Position numbers and translations under genes: made by a program
Origin: the human T2T-CHM13v2.0 reference genome, Homo sapiens
Reading direction: 5' to 3' (one strand)
DNA: 64,000 nt
Assembly (NCBI RefSeq): GCF_009914755.1
Contig: NC_060935.1
The notes under the pieces: model-generated
Told to the model about the DNA's origin: nothing
What the model saw: the letters and a program-made list of their open reading frames with translations, nothing else
Databases searched by the model: none
In this document: one piece after another, positions 28,401-42,680 of the stretch
How positions within the stretch are numbered: position 1 is the first letter of the stretch
Layout of the letters: the number at the start of each line of letters is the position of its first letter

Positions 28401-31400
28401 CGGGATAAACTTCCCAGAACTACACGGAAGCATTGTGAGAAACTTCTTTGTGATGTTTGCATTCAACTCACAGAGTTGAACCTTGCTTTCATAGTTCAGC
28501 TTTCAAACACTCTTTTTGTAGAATCTGCAAGTGGATATTTGGACCACTTTGTGGCCTTCCTTCGAAACGGGTATATCTTCACATCAAACCCAGACAGAAG
28601 CATTCTCAGAATGTTTCCTGTGATGACTGCATTCAACTCACAGAGGTGAACAATCCTGCTGATGGAGCAGTTTTGAAACTCTCTTTCTTTGGATTCTGCA
28701 AGTGGATATGTGGACCTCTGTGAAGATTTCGTTGGAAACGGGTTCATCTTCACATAAAAACTAAACAGAAGCATTCTCAGAAACTGCTTTGTGATGTTTG
28801 TGTTCCACTTCAGGAATTGAACTTTCCTCTTGACAGAGCAGCTCTGAAACCCTCTTATTCTAGAATCTGCAAGTGGACATTTGGAGGGCTTTGAGGCCTG
28901 TGGTGGAAAAGGAAAATCTTCACATAAAAACTAGATGGAAGCATTCTCAGAAACTACTTTGTGATGATTGCATTCGACTCACAGAGTTGAACATTCCTAT
29001 AGATAGAGCAGGTTGTAAACAATCTTTTTGTAGAATCTGCGATTGGAGATTTGGACTGCTTTGAGGCCTACTGTAGTAAAGGAAATAACTTCATCTAAAA
29101 ACCAAACAGAAGCATTCACAGACAATTCTTAGTGATCATTGGATTGAACTAACAGAGCTGAACATTCCTTTAGATGGAGCAGTTTCCAAACCCACTTTCT
29201 GTAGAATCTGCAAGTGGATATTTGGACTTCTCTGAGGATTTCGTTGGAAACGGGATAAAATTCCCAGAACTACACGGAAGCATTGTGAGAAACTTCTTTG
29301 TGATGTTTGCATTCAACTCACAGAGTTGAACCTTGCTTTCATAGTTCAGCTTTCAAACACTCTTTTTGTAGAATCTGCAAGTGGATATTTGGACCACTTT
29401 GTGGCCTTCCTTCGAAACGGGTATATCTTCACATCAAACCTAGACAGAAGCATTCTCAGAATGTTTCCTGTGATGACTGCATTCAACTCACAGAGGTGAA
29501 GAATCCTGCTGATGGAGCAGTTTTGAAACTCTCTTTCTTTGGATTCTGCAAGTGGATATGTGGACCTCTGTGAAGATTTCGTTGGAAACGGGTTCATCTT
29601 CACAGAAAAACTAAACAGAAGCATTCTCAGAAACTGCTTTGTGATGTTTGTGTTCCACTTCAGGAATTGAACTTTCCTCTTGACAGAGCAGCTCTGAAAC
29701 CCTCTTATTCTAGAATCTGCAAGTGGACATTTGGAGGGCTTCGAGGCCTGTGGTGGAAAAGGAAAATCTTCACATAAAAACTAGATGGAAGCATTCTCAG
29801 AAACTACTTTGTGATGATTGCATTCGACTCACAGAGTTGAACATTCCTATAGATAGAGCAGGTTGTAAACAATGTTTTTGTAGAATCTGCGATTGGAGAT
29901 TTGGACTGCATTGAGGCCTACTGTAGTAAAGGAAATAACTTCATCTAAAAACCAAACGGAAGCATTCACAGACAATTCTTAGTGATCATTGGATTGAACT
30001 AACAGAGCTGAACATTCCTTTAGATGGAGCAGTTTCCAAACCCACTTTCTGTAGAATCTGCAAGTGGATATTTGGACTTCTCTGAGGATTTCGTTGGAAA
30101 CGGGATAAACTTCCCAGAACTACACGGAAGCATTCTGAGAAACTTCTTTGTGATGTTTGCATTCAACTCACAGAGATGAACCTTGCTTTCATAGTTCAGC
30201 TTTCAAACACTCTTTTTGTAGAATCTGCAAGTGGATATTTGGACCACTTTGTGGCCTTCCTTCGAAACGGGTATATCTTCACATCAAACCTACACATAAG
30301 CATTCTCAGAATGTTTCCTGTGATGACTGCATTCAACTCACAGAGGTGAACAATCCTGTTGATGGAGCAGTTTTGAAACTCTCTTTCTTTGGATTCTGCA
30401 AGTTGATATGTGGACCTCTGTGAAGATTTCGTTGCAAACGGGTTCATCTTCACAGAAAAACTAAACAGGAGCATTCTCAGAAACTGCTTTGTGATGTTTG
30501 TGCTCCACTTCAAGAATTGAACTTTCCTCTTGACAGAGCAGCTCTGAAACCCTCTTTTTCTAGAATCTGCAAGTGGACATTTGGAGGGCTTTGAGGCCTG
30601 TGGTGGAAAAGGAAAATCTTCACATAAAAACTTTATGGAAGCATTCTCAGAAACTACTTTGTGATGATTGCATTCGACTCACAGAGTTGAACATTCCTAT
30701 AGATAGAGCAGGTTGTAAACAATCTTTTTGTAGAATCTGCGATTGGAGATTTGGACTGCTTTGAGGCCTACTGTAGTAAAGGAAATAACTTCATCTAAAA
30801 ACCAAACGGAAGCATTCACAGACAATTCTTAGTGATCATTGGATTGAACTAACAGAGCTGAACATTCCTTTAGATGGAGCAGTTTCCAAACACACTTTCT
30901 GTAGAATCTGCAAGTGGATATTTGGACTTCTCTGAGGATTTCGTTGGAAACGGGATAAACTTCCCAGAACTACACGGAAGCATTGTGAGAAACTTCTTTG
31001 TGATGTTTGCATTCAACTCACAGAGTTGAACCTTGCTTTCATAGTTCAGCTTTCAAACACTCTTTTTGTAGAATCTGCAAGTGGATATTTGGACCACTTT
31101 GTGGCCTTCCTTCGAAACGGGTATATCTTCAAATCAAACCTAGACAGAAGCATTCTCAGAATGTTTCCTGTGATGACTGCATTCAACTCACAGAGGTGAA
31201 CAATCCTGCTGATGGAGCAGTTTTGAAACTCTCTTTCTTTGGATTCTGCAAGTGGATATGTGGACCTCTGTGAAGATTTCGTTGGAAAAGGGTTCATCTT
31301 CACAGAAAAACTAAACAGGAGCATTCTCAGAAACTGCTTTGTGATGTTTGTGTTCCACTTCGAGAATTTAACTTTCCTCTTGACAGAGCAGCTCTGAAAC

Positions 31401-33500
31401 CCTCTTTTTCTAGAATCTGCAAGTGGACATTTGGAGGGCTTTGAGGCCTGTGGTGGAAAAGGAAAATCTTCACATAAAAACTAGATGGAAGCATTCTCAG
31501 AAAGTACTTTGTGATGATTGCATTCGACTCACAGAGTTGAACATTCCTATAGATAGAGCAGGTTGTAAACAATGTTTTTGTAGAATCTGCGATTGGAGAT
31601 TTGGACTGCTTTGAGGCCTACTGTAGTAAAGGAAATAACTTCATCTAAAAACCAAACGGAAGCATTCACAGACAATTCTTAGTGATCATTGGATTGAACT
31701 AACAGAGCTGAACATTCCTTTAGATGGAGCAGATTCCAAACACACTTTCTGTAGAATCTGCAAGTGGATATTTGGACTTCTCTGAGGATTTCGTTGGAAA
31801 CGGGATAAACTTCCCAGAACTACACGGAAGCATTCTGAGAAACTTCTTTGTGATGTTTGCATTCAACTCACAGAGTTGAACCTTGCTTTCATAGTTCAGC
31901 TTTCAAACACTCTTTTTGTAGAATCTGCAAGTGGATATTTGGACCACTTTGTGGCCTTCCTTCGAAACGGGTATATCTTCACATCAAACCTAGACAGAAG
32001 CATTCTCAGAATGTTTCCTGTGATGACTGCATTCAACTCACAGAGGTGAACAATCCTGCTGATGGAGCAGTTTTGAAACTCTCTTTCTTTGGATTCTGCA
32101 AGTGGATATGTGGACCTCTGTGAAGATTTCGTTGGAAACGGGTTCATCTTCACAGAAAAACTAAACAGAAGCATTCTCAGAAACTGCTTTGTGATGTTTG
32201 TGTTCCACTTCAGGAATTGAACTTTCCTCTTGACAGAGCAGCTCTGAAACCCTCTTTTTCTAGAATCTGCAAGTGGACATTTGGAGGGCTTCGAGGCCTG
32301 TGGTGGAAAAGGAAAATCTTCACATAAAAACTAGATGGAAGCATTCTCAGAAACTACTTTGTGATGATTGCATTCGACTCACAGAGTTGAACATTCCTAT
32401 AGATAGAGCAGGTTGTAAACAATCTTTTTGTAGAATCTGCGATTGGAGATTTGGACTGCTTTGAGGCCTACTGTAGTAAAGGAAATAACTTCATCTAAAA
32501 ACCAAACGGAAGCATTCACAGACAATTCTTAGTGATCATTGGATTGAACTAACAGAGCTGAACATTCCTTTAGATGGAGCAGTTTCCAAACACACTTTCT
32601 GTAGAATCTGCAAGTGGATATTTGGACTTCTCTGAGGATTTCGTTGGAAACGGGATAAACTTCCCAGAACTACACGGAAGCATTGTGAGAAACTTCTTTG
32701 TGATGTTTGCATTCAACTCACAGAGTTGAACCTTGCTTTCATAGTTCAGCTTTCAAACACTCTTTTTGTAGAATCTGCAAGTGGATATTTGGACCACTTT
32801 GTGGCCTTCCTTCGAAACGGGTATATCTTCAAATCAAACCTAGACAGAAGCATTCTCAGAATGTTTCCTGTGATGACTGCATTCAACTCACAGAGGTGAA
32901 CAATCCTGCTGATGGAGCAGTTTTGAAACTCTCTTTCTTTGGATTCTGCAAGTGGATATGTGGACCTCTGTGAAGATTTCGTTGGAAAAGTGTTCATCTT
33001 CACAGAAAAACTAAACAGGAGCATTCTCAGAAACTGCTTTGTGATGTTTGTGTTCCACTTCGAGAATTTAACTTTCCTCTTGACAGAGCAGCTCTGAAAC
33101 CCTCTTTTTCTAGAATCTGCAAGTGGACATTTGGAGGGCTTTGAGGCCTGTGGTGGAAAAGGAAAATCTTCACATAAAAACTAGATGGAAGCATTCTCAG
33201 AAAGTACTTTGTGATGATTGCATTCGACTCACAGAGTTGAACATTCCTATAGATAGAGCAGGTTGTAAACAATGTTTTTGTAGAATCTGCGATTGGAGAT
33301 TTGGACTGCTTTGAGGCCTACTGTAGTAAAGGAAATAACTTCATCTAAAAACCAAACGGAAGCATTCACAGACAATTCTTAGTGATCATTGGATTGAACT
33401 AACAGAGCTGAACATTCCTTTAGATGGAGCAGATTCCAAACACACTTTCTGTAGAATCTGCAAGTGGATATTTGGACTTCTCTGAGGATTTCGTTGGAAA
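16500..33500 (+). repeat. 10-HOR tandem duplication, period 8500 bp, 2 copies
   Basis: An ordered series of private variants repeats at +8500: TGATTACTG about 16725/25225, CTGCAGGTG 17480/25980, CTTTATGG about 18733/27233, CCCAGACAG 20091/28591, TACACATAAG 21791/30291 and AAATCAAACC 22631/31131. The ORF variants at 16557..24207 mirror those at 25057..32707. Confidence 0.93.
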
Positions 33501-36500
33501 CGGGATAAACTTCCCAGAACTACACGGAAGCATTCTGAGAAACTTCTTTGTGATGTTTGCATTCAACTCACAGAGTTGAACCTTGCTTTCATAGTTCAGC
33601 TTTCAAACACTCTTTTTGTAGAATCTGCAAGTGGATATTTGGACCACTTTGTGGCCTTCCTTCGAAACGGGTATATCTTCACATCAAACCTAGACAGAAG
33701 CATTCTCAGAATGTTTCCTGTGATGACTGCATTCAACTCACAGAGGTGAACAATCCTGCTGATGGAGCAGTTTTGAAACTCTCTTTCTTTGGATTCTGCA
33801 AGTGGATATGTGGACCTCTGTGAAGATTTCGTTGGAAACGGGTTCATCTTCACAGAAAAACTAAACAGAAGCATTCTCAGAAACTGCTTTGTGATGTTTG
33901 TGTTCCACTTCAGGAATTGAACTTTCCTCTTGACAGAGCAGCTCTGAAACCCTCTTTTTCTAGAATCTGCAAGTGGACATTTGGAGGGCTTCGAGGCCTG
34001 TGGTGGAAAAGGAAAATCTTCACATAAAAACTAGATGGAAGCATTCTCAGAAACTACTTTGTGATGATTGCATTCGACTCACAGAGTTGAACATTCCTAT
34101 AGATAGAGCAGGTTGTAAACAATCTTTTTGTAGAATCTGCGATTGGAGATTTGGACTGCTTTGAGGCCTACTGTAGTAAAGGAAATAACTTCATCTAAAA
34201 ACCAAACGGAAGCATTCACAGACAATTCTTAGTGATCATTGGATTGAACTAACGGAGCTGAACATTCCTTTAGATGGAGCAGTTTCCAAACCCACTTTCT
34301 GTAGAATCTGCAAGTGGATATTTGGACTTCTCTGAGGATTTCGTTGGAAACGGGATAAACTTCCCAGAACTACACGGAAGCATTGTGAGAAACTTCTTTG
34401 TGATGTTTGCATTCAACTCACAGAGTTGAACCTTGCTTTCATAGTTCAGCTTTCAAACACTCTTTTTGTAGAATCTGCAAGTGGATATTTGGACCACTTT
34501 GTGGCCTTCCTTCGAAACGGGTATATCTTCACATCAAACCTAGACAGAAGCATTCTCAGAATGTTTCCTGTGATGACTGCATTCAACTCACAGAGGTGAA
34601 CAATCCTGTTGATGGAGCAGTTTTGGAACTCTCTTTCTTTGGATTCTGCAAGTTGATATGTGGACCTCTGTGAAGATTTCGTTGGAAACGGGTTCATCTT
34701 CACAGAAAAACTAAACAGGAGCATTCTCAGAAACTGCTTTGTGATGTTTTGTACCACTTCAAGAATTGAACTTTCCTCTTGACAGAGCAGCTCTGAAACC
34801 CTCTTTTTCTAGAATCTGCAAGTGGACATTTGGAGGGCTTTGAGGCCTGTGGTGGAAAAGGAAAATCTTCACATAAAAACTAGATGGAAGCATTCTCAGA
34901 AACTACTTTGTGATGATTGCATTCGACTCACAGAGTTGAACATTCCTATAGATAGAGCAGGTTGTAAACAATGTTTTTGTAGAATCTGCGATTGGAGATT
35001 TGGACTGCTTTGAGGCCTACTGTAGTAAAGGAAATAACTTCATCTAAAAACCAATCGGAAGCATTCACAGACAATTCTTAGTGATCATTGGATTGAACTA
35101 ACAGAGCTGAACATTCCTTTAGATGGAGCAGTTTCCAAACACACTTTCTGTAGAATCTGCAAGTGGATATTTGGACTTCTCTGAGGATTTCGTTGGAAAC
35201 GGGATAAACTTCCCAGAACTACACGGAAGCATTCTGAGAAACTTCTTTGTGATGTTTGCATTCAACTCACAGAGTTGAAACTTGCTTTCATAGTTCAGCT
35301 TTCAAACACTCTTTTTGTAGAATCTGCAAGTGGATATTTGGACCACTTTGTGGCCTTCCTTCGAAACGGGTATATCTTCACATCAAACCTAGACAGAAGC
35401 ATTCTCAGAATGTTTCCTGTGATGACTGCATTCAACTCACAGAGGTGAACAATCCTGCTGATGGAGCAGTTTTGAAACTCTCTTTCTTTGGATTCTGCAA
35501 GTGGATATGTGGACCTCTGTGAAGATTTCGTTGGAAACGGGTTTATCTTCACAGAAAAACTAAACAGAAGCATTCTCAGAAACTGCTTTGTGATGTTTGT
35601 GTTCCACTTCAGGAATTGAACTTTCCTCTTGACAGAGCAGCTCTGAAACCCTCTTTTTCTAGAATCTGCAAGTGGACATTTGGAGGGCTTCGAGGCCTGT
35701 GGTGGAAAAGGAAAATCTTCACATAAAAACTAGATGGAAGCATTCTCAGAAACTACTTTGTGATGATTGCATTCGACTCACAGAGTTGAACATTCCTATA
35801 GATAGAGCAGGTTGTAAACAATCTTTTTGTAGAATCTGCGATTGGAGATTTGGACTGCTTTGAGGCCTACTGTAGTAAAGGAAATAACTTCATCTAAAAA
35901 CCAAACAGAAGCATTCACAGACAATTCTTAGTGATCATTGGATTGAACTAACAGAGCTGAACATTCCTTTAGATGGAGCAGTTTCCAAACCCACTTTCTG
36001 TAGAATCTGCAAGTGGATATTTGGACTTCTCTGAGGATTTCGTTGGAAACGGGATAAAATTCCCAGAACTACACGGAAGCATTGTGAGAAACTTCTTTGT
36101 GATGTTTGCATTCAACTCACAGAGTTGAACCTTGCTTTCATAGTTCAGCTTTCAAACACTCTTTTTGTAGAATCTGCAACTGGATATTTGGACCACTTTG
36201 TGGCCTTCCTTCGAAACGGGTATATCTTCACATCAAACCTAGACAGAAGCATTCTCAGAATGTTTCCTGTGATGACTGCATTCAACTCACAGAGGTGAAG
36301 AATCCTGCTGATGGAGCAGTTTTGAAACTCTCTTTCTTTGGATTCTGCAAGTGGATATGTGGACCTCTGTGAAGATTTCGTTGGAAACGGGTTCATCTTC
36401 ACAGAAAAACTAAACAGAAGCATTCTCAGAAACTGCTTTGTGATGTTTGTGTTCCACTTCAGGAATTGAACTTTCCTCTTGACAGAGCAGCTCTGAAACC

Positions 36501-39500
36501 CTCTTATTCTAGAATCTGCAAGTGGACATTTGGAGGGCTTCGAGGCCTGTGGTGGAAAAGGAAAATCTTCACATAAAAACTAGATGGAAGCATTCTCAGA
36601 AACTACTTTGTGATGATTGCATTCGACTCACAGAGTTGAACATTCCTATAGATAGAGCAGGTTGTAAACAATGTTTTTGTAGAATCTGCGATTGGAGATT
36701 TGGACTGCATTGAGGCCTACTGTAGTAAAGGAAATAACTTCATCTAAAAACCAAACGGAAGCATTCACAGACAATTCTTAGTGATCATTGGATTGAACTA
36801 ACAGAGCTGAACATTCCTTTAGATGGAGCAGTTTCCAAACCCACTTTCTGTAGAATCTGCAAGTGGATATTTGGACTTCTCTGAGGATTTCGTTGGAAAC
36901 GGGATAAACTTCCCAGAACTACACGGAAGCATTCTGAGAAACTTCTTTGTGATGTTTGCATTCAACTCACAGAGATGAACCTTGCTTTCATAGTTCAGCT
37001 TTCAAACACTCTTTTTGTAGAATCTGCAAGTGGATATTTGGACCACTTTGTGGCCTTCCTTCGAAACGGGTATATCTTCACATCAAACCTACACATAAGC
37101 ATTCTCAGAATGTTTCCTGTGATGACTGCATTCAACTCACAGAGGTGAACAATCCTGTTGATGGAGCAGTTTTGAAACTCTCTTTCTTTGGATTCTGCAA
37201 GTTGATATGTGGACCTCTGTGAAGATTTCGTTGCAAACGGGTTCATCTTCACAGAAAAACTAAACAGGAGCATTCTCAGAAACTGCTTTGTGATGTTTGT
37301 GCTCCACTTCAAGAATTGAACTTTCCTCTTGACAGAGCAGCTCTGAAACCCTCTTTTTCTAGAATCTGCAAGTGGACATTTGGAGGGCTTTGAGGCCTGT
37401 GGTGGAAAAGGAAAATCTTCACATAAAAACTTTATGGAAGCATTCTCAGAAACTACTTTGTGATGATTGCATTCGACTCACAGAGTTGAACATTCCTATA
37501 GATAGAGCAGGTTGTAAACAATCTTTTTGTAGAATCTGCGATTGGAGATTTGGACTGCTTTGAGGCCTACTGTAGTAAAGGAAATAACTTCATCTAAAAA
37601 CCAAACGGAAGCATTCACAGACAATTCTTAGTGATCATTGGATTGAACTAACAGAGCTGAACATTCCTTTAGATGGAGCAGTTTCCAAACACACTTTCTG
37701 TAGAATCTGCAAGTGGATATTTGGACTTCTCTGAGGATTTCGTTGGAAACGGGATAAACTTCCCAGAACTACACGGAAGCATTGTGAGAATCTTCTTTGT
37801 GATGTTTGCATTCAACTCACAGAGTTGAACCTTGCTTTCATAGTTCAGCTTTCAAACACTCTTTTTGTAGAATCTGCAAGTGGATATTTGGACCACTTTG
37901 TGGCCTTCCTTCGAAACGGGTATATCTTCAAATCAAACCTAGACAGAAGCATTCTCAGAATGTTTCCTGTGATGACTGCATTCAACTCACAGAGGTGAAC
38001 AATCCTGCTGATGGAGCAGTTTTGAAACTCTCTTTCTTTGGATTCTGCAAGTGGATATGTGGACCTCTGTGAAGATTTCGTTGGAAAAGGGTTCATCTTC
38101 ACAGAAAAACTAAACAGGAGCATTCTCAGAAACTGCTTTGTGATGTTTGTGTTCCACTTCGAGAATTTAACTTTCCTCTTGACAGAGCAGCTCTGAAACC
38201 CTCTTTTTCTAGAATCTGCAAGTGGACATTTGGAGGGCTTTGAGGCCTGTGGTGGAAAAGGAAAATCTTCACATAAAAACTAGATGGAAGCATTCTCAGA
38301 AAGTACTTTGTGATGATTGCATTCGACTCACAGAGTTGAACATTCCTATAGATAGAGCAGGTTGTAAACAATGTTTTTGTAGAATCTGCGATTGGAGATT
38401 TGGACTGCTTTGAGGCCTACTGTAGTAAAGGAAATAACTTCATCTAAAAACCAAACGGAAGCATTCACAGACAATTCTTAGTGATCATTGGATTGAACTA
38501 ACAGAGCTGAACATTCCTTTAGATGGAGCAGATTCCAAACACACTTTCTGTAGAATCTGCAAGTGGATATTTGGACTTCTCTGAGGATTTCGTTGGAAAC
38601 GGGATAAACTTCCCAGAACTACACGGAAGCATTCTGAGAAACTTCTTTGTGATGTTTGCATTCAACTCACAGAGTTGAAACTTGCTTTCATAGTTCAGCT
38701 TTCAAACACTCTTTTTGTAGAATCTGCAAGTGGATATTTGGACCACTTTGTGGCCTTCCTTCGAAACGGGTATATCTTCACATCAAACCTAGACAGAAGC
38801 ATTCTCAGAATGTTTCCTGTGATGACTGCATTCAACTCACAGAGGTGAACAATCCTGCTGATGGAGCAGTTTTGAAACTCTCTTTCTTTGGATTCTGCAA
38901 GTGGATATGTGGACCTCTGTGAAGATTTCGTTGGAAACGGGTTCATCTTCACAGAAAAACTAAACAGAAGCATTCTCAGAAACTGCTTTGTGATGTTTGT
39001 GTTCCACTTCAGGAATTGAACTTTCCTCTTGACAGAGCAGCTCTGAAACCCTCTTTTTCTAGAATCTGCAAGTGGACATTTGGAGGGCTTCGAGGCCTGT
39101 GGTGGAAAAGGAAAATCTTCACATAAAAACTAGATGGAAGCATTCTCAGAAACTACTTTGTGATGATTGCATTCGACTCACAGAGTTGAACATTCCTATA
39201 GATAGAGCAGGTTGTAAACAATCTTTTTGTAGAATCTGCGATTGGAGATTTGGACTGCTTTGAGGCCTACTGTAGTAAAGGAAATAACTTCATCTAAAAA
39301 CCAAACGGAAGCATTCACAGACAATTCTTAGTGATCATTGGATTGAACTAACAGAGCTGAACATTCCTTTAGATGGAGCAGTTTCCAAACACACTTTCTG
39401 TAGAATCTGCAAGTGGATATTTGGACTTCTCTGAGGATTTCGTTGGAAACGGGATAAACTTCCCAGAACTACACGGAAGCATTGTGAGAAACTTCTTTGT

Positions 39501-42500
39501 GATGTTTGCATTCAACTCACAGAGTTGAACCTTGCTTTCATAGTTCAGCTTTCAAACACTCTTTTTGTAGAATCTGCAAGTGGATATTTGGACCACTTTG
39601 TGGCCTTCCTTCGAAACGGGTATATCTTCAAATCAAACCTAGACAGAAGCATTCTCAGAATGTTTCCTGTGATGACTGCATTCAACTCACAGAGGTGAAC
39701 AATCCTGCTGATGGAGCAGTTTTGAAACTCTCTTTCTTTGGATTCTGCAAGTGGATATGTGGACCTCTGTGAAGATTTCGTTGGAAAAGGGTTCATCTTC
39801 ACAGAAAAACTAAACAGGAGCATTCTCAGAAACTGCTTTGTGATGTTTGTGTTCCACTTCGAGAATTTAACTTTCCTCTTGACAGAGCAGCTCTGAAACC
39901 CTCTTTTTCTAGAATCTGCAAGTGGACATTTGGAGGGCTTTGAGGCCTGTGGTGGAAAAGGAAAATCTTCACATAAAAACTAGATGGAAGCATTCTCAGA
40001 AAGTACTTTGTGATGATTGCATTCGACTCACAGAGTTGAACATTCCTATAGATAGAGCAGGTTGTAAACAATGTTTTTGTAGAATCTGCGATTGGAGATT
40101 TGGACTGCTTTGAGGCCTACTGTAGTAAAGGAAATAACTTCATCTAAAAACCAAACGGAAGCATTCACAGACAATTCTTAGTGATCATTGGATTGAACTA
40201 ACAGAGCTGAACATTCCTTTAGATGGAGCAGATTCCAAACACACTTTCTGTAGAATCTGCAAGTGGATATTTGGACTTCTCTGAGGATTTCGTTGGAAAC
40301 GGGATAAACTTCCCAGAACTACACGGAAGCATTCTGAGAAACTTCTTTGTGATGTTTGCATTCAACTCACAGAGTTGAACCTTGCTTTCATAGTTCAGCT
40401 TTCAAACACTCTTTTTGTAGAATCTGCAAGTGGATATTTGGACCACTTTGTGGCCTTCCTTCGAAACGGGTATATCTTCACATCAAACCTAGACAGAAGC
40501 ATTCTCAGAATGTTTCCTGTGATGACTGCATTCAACTCACAGAGGTGAACAATCCTGCTGATGGAGCAGTTTTGAAACTCTCTTTCTTTGGATTCTGCAA
40601 GTGGATATGTGGACCTCTGTGAAGATTTCGTTGGAAACGGGTTCATCTTCACAGAAAAACTAAACAGAAGCATTCTCAGAAACTGCTTTGTGATGTTTGT
40701 GTTCCACTTCAGGAATTGAACTTTCCTCTTGACAGAGCAGCTCTGAAACCCTCTTTTTCTAGAATCTGCAAGTGGACATTTGGAGGGCTTCGAGGCCTGT
40801 GGTGGAAAAGGAAAATCTTCACATAAAAACTAGATGGAAGCATTCTCAGAAACTACTTTGTGATGATTGCATTCGACTCACAGAGTTGAACATTCCTATA
40901 GATAGAGCAGGTTGTAAACAATCTTTTTGTAGAATCTGCGATTGGAGATTTGGACTGCTTTGAGGCCTACTGTAGTAAAGGAAATAACTTCATCTAAAAA
41001 CCAAACGGAAGCATTCACAGACAATTCTTAGTGATCATTGGATTGAACTAACGGAGCTGAACATTCCTTTAGATGGAGCAGTTTCCAAACCCACTTTCTG
41101 TAGAATCTGCAAGTGGATATTTGGACTTCTCTGAGGATTTCGTTGGAAACGGGATAAACTTCCCAGAACTACACGGAAGCATTGTGAGAAACTTCTTTGT
41201 GATGTTTGCATTCAACTCACAGAGTTGAACCTTGCTTTCATAGTTCAGCTTTCAAACACTCTTTTTGTAGAATCTGCAAGTGGATATTTGGACCACTTTG
41301 TGGCCTTCCTTCGAAACGGGTATATCTTCACATCAAACCTAGACAGAAGCATTCTCAGAATGTTTCCTGTGATGACTGCATTCAACTCACAGAGGTGAAC
41401 AATCCTGTTGATGGAGCAGTTTTGAAACTCTCTTTCTTTGGATTCTGCAAGTTGATATGTGGACCTCTGTGAAGATTTCGTTGGAAACGGGTTCATCTTC
41501 ACAGAAAAACTAAACAGGAGCATTCTCAGAAACTGCTTTGTGATGTTTTGTACCACTTCAAGAATTGAACTTTCCTCTTGACAGAGCAGCTCTGAAACCC
41601 TCTTTTTCTAGAATCTGCAAGTGGACATTTGGAGGGCTTTGAGGCCTGTGGTGGAAAAGGAAAATCTTCACATAAAAACTAGATGGAAGCATTCTCAGAA
41701 ACTACTTTGTGATGATTGCATTCGACTCACAGAGTTGAACATTCCTATAGATAGAGCAGGTTGTAAACAATGTTTTTGTAGAATCTGCGATTGGAGATTT
41801 GGACTGCTTTGAGGCCTACTGTAGTAAAGGAAATAACTTCATCTAAAAACCAATCGGAAGCATTCACAGACAATTCTTAGTGATCATTGGATTGAACTAA
41901 CAGAGCTGAACATTCCTTTAGATGGAGCAGTTTCCAAACACACTTTCTGTAGAATCTGCAAGTGGATATTTGGACTTCTCTGAGGATTTCGTTGGAAACG
42001 GGATAAACTTCCCAGAACTACACGGAAGCATTCTGAGAAACTTCTTTGTGATGTTTGCATTCAACTCACAGAGTTGAAACTTGCTTTCATAGTTCAGCTT
42101 TCAAACACTCTTTTTGTAGAATCTGCAAGTGGATATTTGGACCACTTTGTGGCCTTCCTTCGAAACGGGTATATCTTCACATCAAACCTAGACAGAAGCA
42201 TTCTCAGAATGTTTCCTGTGATGACTGCATTCAACTCACAGAGGTGAACAATCCTGCTGATGGAGCAGTTTTGAAACTCTCTTTCTTTGGATTCTGCAAG
42301 TGGATATGTGGACCTCTGTGAAGATTTCGTTGGAAACGGGTTTATCTTCACAGAAAAACTAAACAGAAGCATTCTCAGAAACTGCTTTGTGATGTTTGTG
42401 TTCCACTTCAGGAATTGAACTTTCCTCTTGACAGAGCAGCTCTGAAACCCTCTTTTTCTAGAATCTGCAAGTGGACATTTGGAGGGCTTCGAGGCCTGTG

Positions 42501-42680
42501 GTGGAAAAGGAAAATCTTCACATAAAAACTAGATGGAAGCATTCTCAGAAACTACTTTGTGATGATTGCATTCGACTCACAGAGTTGAACATTCCTATAG
42601 ATAGAGCAGGTTGTAAACAATCTTTTTGTAGAATCTGCGATTGGAGATTTGGACTGCTTTGAGGCCTACTGTAGTAAAGG
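29100..42680 (+). repeat. 8-HOR tandem duplication, period 6799 bp, 2 copies
   Basis: Variants repeat at +6799: CCAAACAGA 29108/35907, ACACATAAG 30292/37091, the TTTTGTACCAC deletion about 34750/41549, CCAATCGG 35055/41854 and GGTTTATC 35544/42343. Confidence 0.92.

Noticed and set aside
22827-40071. New 81-aa minus-strand ORF appearing in six HORs
   Set aside because: It arises from point variants in one duplicated HOR haplotype, so it is a lineage marker rather than evidence of coding function.
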